Assembly: GCA_046582655.1 (NCBI GenBank) | Contig: JAYGDX010000254.1 | Span: 1 to 17,033, forward strand | Length of the DNA stretch: 17,033 nucleotides | Reading direction: 5' to 3' | DNA from: Candidatus Poribacteria bacterium | GTDB lineage: Bacteria > Poribacteria > WGA-4E > UBA9662 | In this document: one piece after another, positions 7,223-15,010 of the stretch | Position numbering within the stretch: position 1 is the stretch's first letter | How the letters are laid out: each line of letters begins with the position of its first letter | Program-made: the position numbers and the translations under genes | Notes under the pieces: generated by a model | What the model saw: the letters and a program-made list of their open reading frames with translations, nothing else | Told to the model about the DNA's origin: nothing | The model's database searches: none

Positions 7223-9994
7223 ATGTCAGATTGGTATAAGCAGAATATTCCCTATATCCTTCGTGAGTTGGTTACCGATCTTGAGCGTGGCTTAAGCGGA
7301 GAAGAAGCAAAGCTACGAGTCGCTCAGTATGGTGAGAACTTAATAGATCGACCGAAACAGTTATTGCTGATTCGTACTTTCTTCGCTCAATTTCGGAATC
7401 TCACTGTTTTTTCCCTGCTGGTGATGGTCGCAATTTTTGCCATTTTTAGGGAATCAGATCAATTTAGAAAATCACTCCAATTGGATTCTCCCAGTGATGC
7501 TGTTGCTGTTGCTATTGCTATCGGTTCAATTCTTGTGTTTCAAATCCTGTGGCGGTTTATAGAAGGGATCAGGTTGGCATCACGGATTGAAACTATTCGC
7601 GATCGATCTGAAGTGAGTGTTTCCGTTATTCGAGACGGCGATGAAACCAGAATCCCGCCAACAGCAGTTGTTCCTGGCGATATACTGATTCTGATTGAAG
7701 GAGACTATATTTCTGCTGACGCACGTCTAGTGGATGCAGATAATCTGGTTGTAGATGAAAGTTATCTGTTTGGCCGAGCGGCTTTATCCGAAAAAAAATC
7801 CGGTGACCTTCAAAATCAGACACCACGTCTTGAAGATTGGACCAACATGGTGTTTGGTGGTACATATGTCATAAGTGGACAAGGATACGCCGTAACAGTT
7901 GCCACTGGGGATCAACTTGCCATTAATGACTCAAATCACAAAGCACCTCGTGAAGTCAAAATGGAATCTGAAGCTGAAATAGAGGTTGTTGGTTATTATA
8001 ACCAGTTTCGAACTTTCGGCGTGGTTTTAGCCGTAGTTCTTCTCGGAACTCTAATGTTTAAGCAACCTGCGGAATGGGCAATGTATCTTCTTGTTGCCGC
8101 TGCCTTGGTGATTGCTTCTATTCCTGAAGGGCTTAGCTTAACCACACGGCGAATCATAGGTGACAATGTTTATGATATTTCAAAGAAAAGTGTTTTGGTT
8201 CGTGAACCATGGAGACTTGAGCGGCTGAGTTGCATGAACTCAGTATGCGTAAATGATGTTGGGATTTCGGGCGATCAGAACTTCACTTTGTCCTCTGTGT
8301 TTGTTGATGGACAGTTTGTTGATCGAACAATGTGGGAAGGTTGGATTCAGAATTCGTTACAACGAGTGGCTTCGCCAATTTTTGCTCAAAACCAAGTTGC
8401 ACAACCTGTTTACTATGATCTGCAACATATACCGACCTTCCCATGGTTATTGCTTATGGCAAGTTTATGCGTTGAGAGTAATCAGAATTACCAAAGCGAA
8501 TCTGGTGAACCTCATATTGATAATTCGTTGTCAAACCTTGTTGAGCAAATTGGTTTGAGCCGCTACAAATCTGCTTTTTCAAACCATCAGAGGATTCCCA
8601 TGGGTGTGGAAGGCCAGTTTCAGTCGTTCCTTTTCACTCAGGAAGATCAGAGTTTTCTTCAAGTAGCGTTTGGTGAGACAGAATCAATACTACGTGCGTC
8701 AACGCATGTAGAGGTTCATGGTAGCCAGGATGTTTTTACCCAGGATGGTAAAGGTTCTTTTCGAGAAGTTACCGAGTCATTAATGGAAGATAGTACAATT
8801 GTCATCTCTGTGGCTCGGAAAAATTTTGTTGATCAACCCTTGCAAGATGAATTGCAGAATGGCTTGACTTATATTGGGCTCATTGTCTTTACTTCAATCG
8901 AAGATGCCAAATTAAAACAATCAATTAAATCCTGCTTGGATTCAGGGTTCAAAGTGGTGTCCATGATGGATTGGGATCTTGAGAAATCCACTGAGTTTGG
9001 GATTGGCCTTGGTTTGATACAAGACCGTCAATCAGCCATTTCAAGGGAGGAATTAAGCGGATTGGACGACAAAGATTTTGAATCGATGGCCGATTTGTTG
9101 CTTGTGTACTCACAACCAACTGCCGATCAAAAACTGAACGTTGTGAGAACTCTAAAACGACGTGGGCATTCTGTTGGCTTTTGGGGCACCTCAGCGGATG
9201 ATCTACAGGCAATGCGCGTTGCTAGCGTAAGTTTCGCAGCAGTTAATCAAGCAGATCAAATTACACAACATAATGCGGGATGCTTAATACTGAAGGATGG
9301 TTTCAACGCTATTCTGGATCTGGCGCTTCAAGCCCGAAGTGCGTATGAAAGTTTAAGGGGATCTGTTCGGTGGATTCTTTCTTGTTCAATTGCTCAAATG
9401 ATTACGTTGCTGATCGGTTTTGGGGTTTATTTGTACGATAGCAGCCTTGAAACACCCTTGTTATTAGATGTTCGGCAGATTGTATGGATCCAATTAGTCA
9501 TCGGCATTGTTTCTTCAATTAGCTTGGGAAAGGAAACAAACATCGGCAATTTACAATATAATAGACCGCAGCAGGTTCCGCCGTTCCTACCACCCGAACA
9601 ATCGTGGGATATTTTAATGCGTGGAGTGATTATTGCCTTGATGACAAATGTCGCTTTCGTTGTATCATTCAAAACTACCCTAAATTTGCAACTCTCACAG
9701 ACGATTGCTTGCACAACTCTTGTTTCAACCCTGTTAGCTTCTAGCACTCAATGCCACCGAGAACAGTGGGAATCGATCAAGAATCGCCTTTCAAATCCTC
9801 GTTGGTTAACAGTCACTGGCTTCTGCATCATCTTGCAACTTGCAGTCATTTACGTTCCATTTATGCAAGACATTTTCAAAACAGAGAGTTTGGTGGAACT
9901 TAAGCAATGGCTGGGTATCGGTTTTCTGTCTGCGATAATGATTGTTCTTCCACTAAACTTAAGCTATCGCCCGCGAACCTCACCTGCCTATTGA
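7223..9994 (+). CDS. Type II (Ca2+/cation) P-type ATPase homologue with degenerate catalytic motifs, 923 aa; probable pseudo-ATPase
   Basis: The scaffold is retained: GLSGEEAKLRVAQYGEN, VIRDG, VVPGDI..EGDYISADARL, VDES, NMVFGGT.V.SG.G.AV.VATG, IPEGL, P..QKL.VV..LK..GH and the C-terminal TM helices. DKTGT, TGES, KGAPE, DPPR, TGD and GDGxND are absent. ATG 7223 starts 1 nt after the thrB TGA. Confidence 0.9.
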   Translation: MSDWYKQNIPYILRELVTDLERGLSGEEAKLRVAQYGENLIDRPKQLLLIRTFFAQFRNLTVFSLLVMVAIFAIFRESDQFRKSLQLDSPSDAVAVAIAIGSILVFQILWRFIEGIRLASRIETIRDRSEVSVSVIRDGDETRIPPTAVVPGDILILIEGDYISADARLVDADNLVVDESYLFGRAALSEKKSGDLQNQTPRLEDWTNMVFGGTYVISGQGYAVTVATGDQLAINDSNHKAPREVKMESEAEIEVVGYYNQFRTFGVVLAVVLLGTLMFKQPAEWAMYLLVAAALVIASIPEGLSLTTRRIIGDNVYDISKKSVLVREPWRLERLSCMNSVCVNDVGISGDQNFTLSSVFVDGQFVDRTMWEGWIQNSLQRVASPIFAQNQVAQPVYYDLQHIPTFPWLLLMASLCVESNQNYQSESGEPHIDNSLSNLVEQIGLSRYKSAFSNHQRIPMGVEGQFQSFLFTQEDQSFLQVAFGETESILRASTHVEVHGSQDVFTQDGKGSFREVTESLMEDSTIVISVARKNFVDQPLQDELQNGLTYIGLIVFTSIEDAKLKQSIKSCLDSGFKVVSMMDWDLEKSTEFGIGLGLIQDRQSAISREELSGLDDKDFESMADLLLVYSQPTADQKLNVVRTLKRRGHSVGFWGTSADDLQAMRVASVSFAAVNQADQITQHNAGCLILKDGFNAILDLALQARSAYESLRGSVRWILSCSIAQMITLLIGFGVYLYDSSLETPLLLDVRQIVWIQLVIGIVSSISLGKETNIGNLQYNRPQQVPPFLPPEQSWDILMRGVIIALMTNVAFVVSFKTTLNLQLSQTIACTTLVSTLLASSTQCHREQWESIKNRLSNPRWLTVTGFCIILQLAVIYVPFMQDIFKTESLVELKQWLGIGFLSAIMIVLPLNLSYRPRTSPAY

Positions 9995-10582
9995 TTCGAT
10001 AGCACGCTTGTAATCTTCCTTTTTATCTATATCTTGTAAGATTCGATCTGAATCCACATTTTCATAAAAAATATCATCAGCATGTGTTTGCAAGATTGAT
10101 CGTACTCCACCGCTGTGCTGGTCGAGTGCCAGAATTGTTTCTGCGTATCGCCGGTCAAAAATGGCCGGATGACCTCGCTGGTTGTTAAATCTTGGAATAG
10201 TGATACCATGACTATTTCTATGATGGGCGGCAATCACAATATCGATCAAATCCGACGTGATAAACGGTTGGTCTACTAATGTAATCGCGAATGCAACTGA
10301 CGATTTTGAAAGTGAACGGATACCGCACTGTGCGGAACTGAGCATGCCGTTATGATAGTCAGGGTTGAAAGCAATTTGGACAGGGTTAAACTTGATTTTC
10401 GATCGAATGAGATCTGCTTGGTGACCGATGACAACAATTACACTGTCCAGTTTTGACTGCAAAAGGTTATCAATCACAGTTTCAATTATTGTTCTATGGC
10501 CGAAAGGCAAAAGTTGTTTTGGAGTACCCATTCGAGTTGATAGGCCAGCAGCAAGCAAAATTCCTGTAATTGCATCTTTCAT
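9980..10582 (-). CDS. mocA: MocA/MobA-like nucleotidyltransferase (molybdenum cofactor cytidylyltransferase-like)
   Basis: ILLAAGLSTRMGTPKQLL, NPDYHNGMLSS, LVDQP, RGHPAIF and DID motifs. The 3' end overlaps the ATPase-like gene by 15 bp. Confidence 0.82.
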   Translation of the reverse strand: MKDAITGILLAAGLSTRMGTPKQLLPFGHRTIIETVIDNLLQSKLDSVIVVIGHQADLIRSKIKFNPVQIAFNPDYHNGMLSSAQCGIRSLSKSSVAFAITLVDQPFITSDLIDIVIAAHHRNSHGITIPRFNNQRGHPAIFDRRYAETILALDQHSGGVRSILQTHADDIFYENVDSDRILQDIDKKEDYKRAIESIGR

Positions 10583-10644
10583 TTGGTCTAATGTATTGGA
10601 TTGATTAAAGTTGGGGTTGTAATGTTACCTTAAGAGGTGTCATA

Positions 10645-10673
10645 GCTGTGTCCGATGTACTATGGAACACAGC
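10645..10673. other. Intergenic stem-loop between the FGE-like gene and mocA
   Basis: GCTGTGTCC-gatgtactat-GGAACACAGC: a 9-bp stem with one bulged A and no U-tract. Confidence 0.4.
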
Positions 10674-10726
10674 CCGTTTGTGCGAATCACATGAGTCTGA
10701 CTATTTCGTCAACATATTTACATCTT

Positions 10727-11842
10727 CTAGTTATTGTTCCAACGGATGTCCTCAATGGGTTTCAAGGACTTCACACACCGAAATCCGAAATAGCGATCTG
10801 TGTCTGATGGCGATCGATAGTTTCGGTTGGCTACCCGAAGGTTGTTTTCATCACCATCCCATGAACCTCCCCGAATGATACGAAAAGTTCTGATCTGATT
10901 CACTCGTTGAATGACATCTTGTATGTTTCCATCGGCAAATGGATTTTTTCTTGCTAATCGATTATAAAAAGTCGGATCGTATCCGTCTAAACACCATTCA
11001 GCCACGTTTCCAGAGATATCATGCAAACCATAATTATTAGGCGGATACGATCCGACTTTCATTGTTTTTCCGACTTGGCGTTTATAATTTACGTGTTTTG
11101 AATTTATATCATTTCCCCATGGATAGCGCTGGTTAGTTAAACCGCCGCGAGCCGCATATTCCCATTCTGCTTCAGTGGGTAATCTTTTTTTAGCCCATTT
11201 GGTGTATGCCATAGCATCATGCCAAGTGACATACAAAATTGGGTGTTGGTCAGTCGGTGAATACTGGGAGATTTTGGTCCAATTTGGTTTCAGGTGATTC
11301 GTTTCTGACAGAAATTTCTTGTATTCACCAACTGTTACTTCATGGGTGTCCATGTAAAATGCGTCAATGAAAACGCTTTTAACTGGTTGTTCGTCCTTAT
11401 GGCCTTCTTTAAAAGCATCCCCTATATTAAATTCTCCAGCAGGTATGTATTGCATATTCTCCGGCGCTTTTACCGACACCTCAACAGGCAATTGGTTCTC
11501 CAATGAGGCAATCTGATTTTCAAGCTTGTTGATAACTAGATCTTGGTCTTTGATAATTTCAATTAGCGCTGGTACATTCTCTTCTTCGAAGGTGGTAATA
11601 TGTGTTCTTAATTGTTTGATTTCTTCTTTTTGATTTACTATCCCATTTTCTGTCTGTGCAATCTGGCTTATCAAAGATTCGACGTTTGTTCCTAGATTCT
11701 GGATTTGCGTCTGTTGCACCAAAATTTTGTCTATCAATTCATCAATACGTTCATCTTGATCATTGCACCCCAATTGCAACATGATGCTGATAATAGCAAC
11801 AGCGAGTGACGTTGCATTGATAAGAATTTGCCTTAATTCCAT
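10727..11842 (-). CDS. FGE-sulfatase (SUMF1/EgtB/PvdO-fold) domain lipoprotein with a coiled-coil stalk
   Basis: Lipobox-like QLGC (Cys26), heptad-rich residues ~30-116, then IPAGEF..G, EVTVGEY, RLPTEAEWEYAARGG, YPWG, NNYGLHDISGNVAEW, RGGSW and GFRC. Confidence 0.9.
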   Translation of the reverse strand: MELRQILINATSLAVAIISIMLQLGCNDQDERIDELIDKILVQQTQIQNLGTNVESLISQIAQTENGIVNQKEEIKQLRTHITTFEEENVPALIEIIKDQDLVINKLENQIASLENQLPVEVSVKAPENMQYIPAGEFNIGDAFKEGHKDEQPVKSVFIDAFYMDTHEVTVGEYKKFLSETNHLKPNWTKISQYSPTDQHPILYVTWHDAMAYTKWAKKRLPTEAEWEYAARGGLTNQRYPWGNDINSKHVNYKRQVGKTMKVGSYPPNNYGLHDISGNVAEWCLDGYDPTFYNRLARKNPFADGNIQDVIQRVNQIRTFRIIRGGSWDGDENNLRVANRNYRSPSDTDRYFGFRCVKSLKPIEDIRWNNN

Positions 11843-11892
11843 ATTATTTAATCGCTAATATGATATTGGTTTAATATCCCTGAGAATGAATT

Positions 11893-11909
11893 GCCTATTG
11901 AGAATAGGC
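11893..11909. promoter_or_regulatory. Short inverted repeat upstream of the FGE-like gene (possible operator or hairpin)
   Basis: GCCTATT-gag-AATAGGC, about 50 nt before ATG 11842. Confidence 0.3.
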
Positions 11910-12224
11910 CTTCATCCTTTACTATGACGCGTATGCTAAAATATAGTTGATGTTGTGCACTCTATTGCTGAGGTAGATCTATCTCAAACTTGGTCTTTTC
12001 GTCATCCTACTTGGCATGTCCATGTGGGGCATTTTCAGTTAGCTAGCGGTTGTACATGATAATGCAGTGAAGGAGTTTTTCGGAGTCGGCACTCTGTATA
12101 TAGCCAATCAAAGATTGCTAGTAAGTTAAATTCATTTTATATTACCTTGATGAAAGATTCAATGTTTAATATAGATAGATAGAATCGTAATAAAATAAAT
12201 GATTAAAGATAATTACAACCGTCT

Positions 12225-14753
12225 TTAAATCAAGGCGTTAAAAAGCAGTTTGAACGTTCCGTGAGTTTGGGCGCGATGTTGGGGGCGAAAGCCGAAAAGG
12301 ATAACTCTCCCTTCCCCATATTGGGCTGAGACTAACGCTGCTTTCTCTGACAGCAGTTCCTCTCCATTAAGCCAACCGCTTTGCAACAGATTCTTCTCCG
12401 GATACCGAACGACGATTTCATACCTTTGGTTAAAGCGGGAAGGCAGAATCTCAAATGCCGGACTGTCCCAGGCGAATATCAATCCCTCAGTAGGCATACC
12501 ATAACCAAGTTGGTGATTGGTATCGATGTGTGTCCTTAAAGTCGATCCCGGACAGAAGAACTCGTTGGCTGATTTTCCTTGCAGTAGATTTTTAACCTTC
12601 AAGTCAAGTTTTTCGATAGCGAACCCGCAGGAATGGTTGAGCGTAACTAAAGTTCCTCCATGTAGAACAAATTGCTTAATTGCTTTTACACCTTTTTTAC
12701 CGATGCCGCTACGATATTCTGGTGGAATGTCCACATCTTTGGAGTCATCTTTTTCGTCTGGACCGACGATCATAGATGTGGAATCGTTAGGTAAGATGAT
12801 AACGTCCAGATTTTGTTTTAGATTTCCAGCTTTAATTTCTTTATCTGTTAATGCTTGGTAAGGGAATCCAAACTGTTCTAGGACCAACCGTGTCCAGCCT
12901 TCATCCATGTTCCCACCCCGAAATCTGCGATACATACCGATACGCAATTGCTTGACCGGATGTTGTGGTACCGGAAGATCTTGCTTCAGGTCATGGAGCC
13001 ATACATCGAAGTCCTGAGTTGCGACTTTGAGCAGGTCGACAGGCTGTGCTTCGACTTTAAACGTACCTGGCGGAAAGAGGCTACCGTCAACTTCAATGGC
13101 TTGACTGCACCGCATGACACTAATATCTTGTTTGAGCAATTGGTTAACACACCGAAAACTGTCGTTAAGTCTACTGTCCAAGATGTAGCCAATTTCTGAT
13201 TGATTAATTAGTTGACTGGTAGTGTTTTCGGTTTTTGTAATCAGGCCGAAGATAGAGCTGTCCCGTTCCAGATCTCCGGCAGATTCTACCTTTACACCCA
13301 TGAATTCGGCTATGGTATCGGTTGCTGTATCATAAGGTCGATCCGGCACCTTATCCATTTTTCGTGTCCGCGCATCATCTGGGAAGATGGTACGATCCAG
13401 TAAAGTTTTAATCACCCCTATTTTAGGTTGATCTAAGAAAAGGGCGTAAGTTCTGACCGGGTAAGTTATTCCGCCAGATATGAATTCCTTTGAGGCTTGA
13501 TGTATTTCGATACCTTGACCCAGCAATTTATCAATAAGTTTGGTGACGGTTAGTGAGTCGTGTTGTGTGGGTCGGATTAAGTAAGTGGATAGTCTGTTTT
13601 TGTTACCCCGTTCAATTTGTCGCTTAGCTTTAAGGTAAGCATTCTGGAGGATGGTGTCTTTGTGTCTGGCTGCCAAATCGAGCAGGCTTAAAGCCGCGAT
13701 TTTTTGTTGGTCAACTATGTGGCGGGGTCGCCACCACCCACCTGGCCATGGATGAGGGAAATTGGTTTGTGATTTGTAATGAGGAAATCCCCTGAGTGCT
13801 CCACCTTGTCCCTGTAATTGGCTGGGATGAATGTATAGGGGCGTTGCCAAGTTCGTATGCGCAGACTCTGTTAATAGGCTGGCAATGTTGTGGTAATTTC
13901 CAAGCCAGTGAAATCCGAGGTGGCTCCAAGCCGGAAAGAGCGCAGCATTCAGCACACCAGTGATGCCAGCTTCCTCCAGCTTATAGGCCATGTGGGCACC
14001 GTACCAATTAATTTCTCTCCAAATTAATGGATTGGCATGTGGGTGGATGGGTTCACAGTAGGGGGCAACGTACAAGCGTGCGCCGTAACTCCCCATTTCA
14101 TGATGGTCTTGAAAAACCTGTGGATGCCACTCGAGAAACAGTGTTTGGGCAACGTATGTTGATTCTACCAGATTGGTCATAAAAGCGTCTCTATTATTGT
14201 CGTGTCCAGCATATTTGTGGTATAACCGCGGAAGTTCACAACCTTCGTATTCGGTATCAAGATATTGGTTATACCAATCGGTTACCATGATCTGGCCGTC
14301 CGGATTAAGACACGGGAACGACAAGAAAATCGTGTTATCGAGAATGCGTTTGGTCTCCTCGTCTGAAATTGTTATCAGATCGTAAGCCAATTCTGGTGCC
14401 ATCTGTGTGCTGCCAATTTCGGAAGCGTGAAGTCCCATAGATTGGCAAATGACTACCTTTCCTTCATGTGTCAAACGAGAGATCTCCGTTTCAGAACGTC
14501 CGCGTGGATCGCTAATTTGGGCGTTTAAATCCTGTAAATACTGGAGATTGTCCAGATTTTGGGGGGATGAAACAATCACTAACAGAAATGGATTACCTTC
14601 GGTGGAAAGACCCATCTCAATGACTTTCAATTTCTGGCTTTCCTGATTTAACAACCGAAAGTAATCAACAATCCGATTCCAATGGGCAATCTTGCGATCA
14701 GTTCCAAGCTGGAAACCAAAAAACTCTTGAGGCGACGTAACATGCTGAGCCAT
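12225..14753 (-). CDS. M14-family zinc carboxypeptidase-like protein with a C-terminal class I glutamine-amidotransferase-like domain
   Basis: Zinc ligands GLHASE and DHHEMG, plus NPDG, HKYAGHDNNRD and LLTESA. C-terminal part: NMDEGWTR, DVIILP, FV..GGTLV and FRPQHRAQTHGTFKLLFN. Confidence 0.9.
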   Translation of the reverse strand: MAQHVTSPQEFFGFQLGTDRKIAHWNRIVDYFRLLNQESQKLKVIEMGLSTEGNPFLLVIVSSPQNLDNLQYLQDLNAQISDPRGRSETEISRLTHEGKVVICQSMGLHASEIGSTQMAPELAYDLITISDEETKRILDNTIFLSFPCLNPDGQIMVTDWYNQYLDTEYEGCELPRLYHKYAGHDNNRDAFMTNLVESTYVAQTLFLEWHPQVFQDHHEMGSYGARLYVAPYCEPIHPHANPLIWREINWYGAHMAYKLEEAGITGVLNAALFPAWSHLGFHWLGNYHNIASLLTESAHTNLATPLYIHPSQLQGQGGALRGFPHYKSQTNFPHPWPGGWWRPRHIVDQQKIAALSLLDLAARHKDTILQNAYLKAKRQIERGNKNRLSTYLIRPTQHDSLTVTKLIDKLLGQGIEIHQASKEFISGGITYPVRTYALFLDQPKIGVIKTLLDRTIFPDDARTRKMDKVPDRPYDTATDTIAEFMGVKVESAGDLERDSSIFGLITKTENTTSQLINQSEIGYILDSRLNDSFRCVNQLLKQDISVMRCSQAIEVDGSLFPPGTFKVEAQPVDLLKVATQDFDVWLHDLKQDLPVPQHPVKQLRIGMYRRFRGGNMDEGWTRLVLEQFGFPYQALTDKEIKAGNLKQNLDVIILPNDSTSMIVGPDEKDDSKDVDIPPEYRSGIGKKGVKAIKQFVLHGGTLVTLNHSCGFAIEKLDLKVKNLLQGKSANEFFCPGSTLRTHIDTNHQLGYGMPTEGLIFAWDSPAFEILPSRFNQRYEIVVRYPEKNLLQSGWLNGEELLSEKAALVSAQYGEGRVILFGFRPQHRAQTHGTFKLLFNALI

Positions 14754-14829
14754 GATAGATCCTTGTTTGTAATCGTTTGACTTGGCCTAAATGAAATGTG
14801 GGTATGATACAGAAAAAACTTTGTCTGAC

Positions 14830-14858
14830 TTTATACTTGGCTAGCCGGATAAAGTCAA
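14830..14858 (-). promoter_or_regulatory. sigma70-like promoter of the M14 peptidase gene, embedded in an inverted repeat
   Basis: Minus strand TTGACT (14858..14853), 17-bp spacer, TATAAA (14835..14830), about 77 nt upstream of ATG 14753. Confidence 0.6.
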
Positions 14859-14939
14859 CTGTTATGCCTAGCTGAGATCGATTCCTTTACCTAATTCAGC
14901 GAATCTTTTAATAACTGCTACCGCGGAATTCCATAGCTA

Positions 14940-14948
14940 TGCTACAAT
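14940..14948 (+). promoter_or_regulatory. Candidate extended -10 (TGcTACAAT) for the TPR-methyltransferase gene
   Basis: TG-N-TACAAT about 60 nt upstream of ATG 15011; no clear -35. Confidence 0.4.
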
Positions 14949-15010
14949 AATTTCATCAATAGTACTACTTTACCACCATAATCCGGGTTATTGAGAAAGA
15001 ATATGAACCA

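Noticed and set aside
10583..10726. Moco/Wco riboswitch upstream of the mocA-like gene
   Set aside because: Only one modest hairpin is present, and I do not recognise the multi-stem Moco RNA consensus. cmscan would be decisive.
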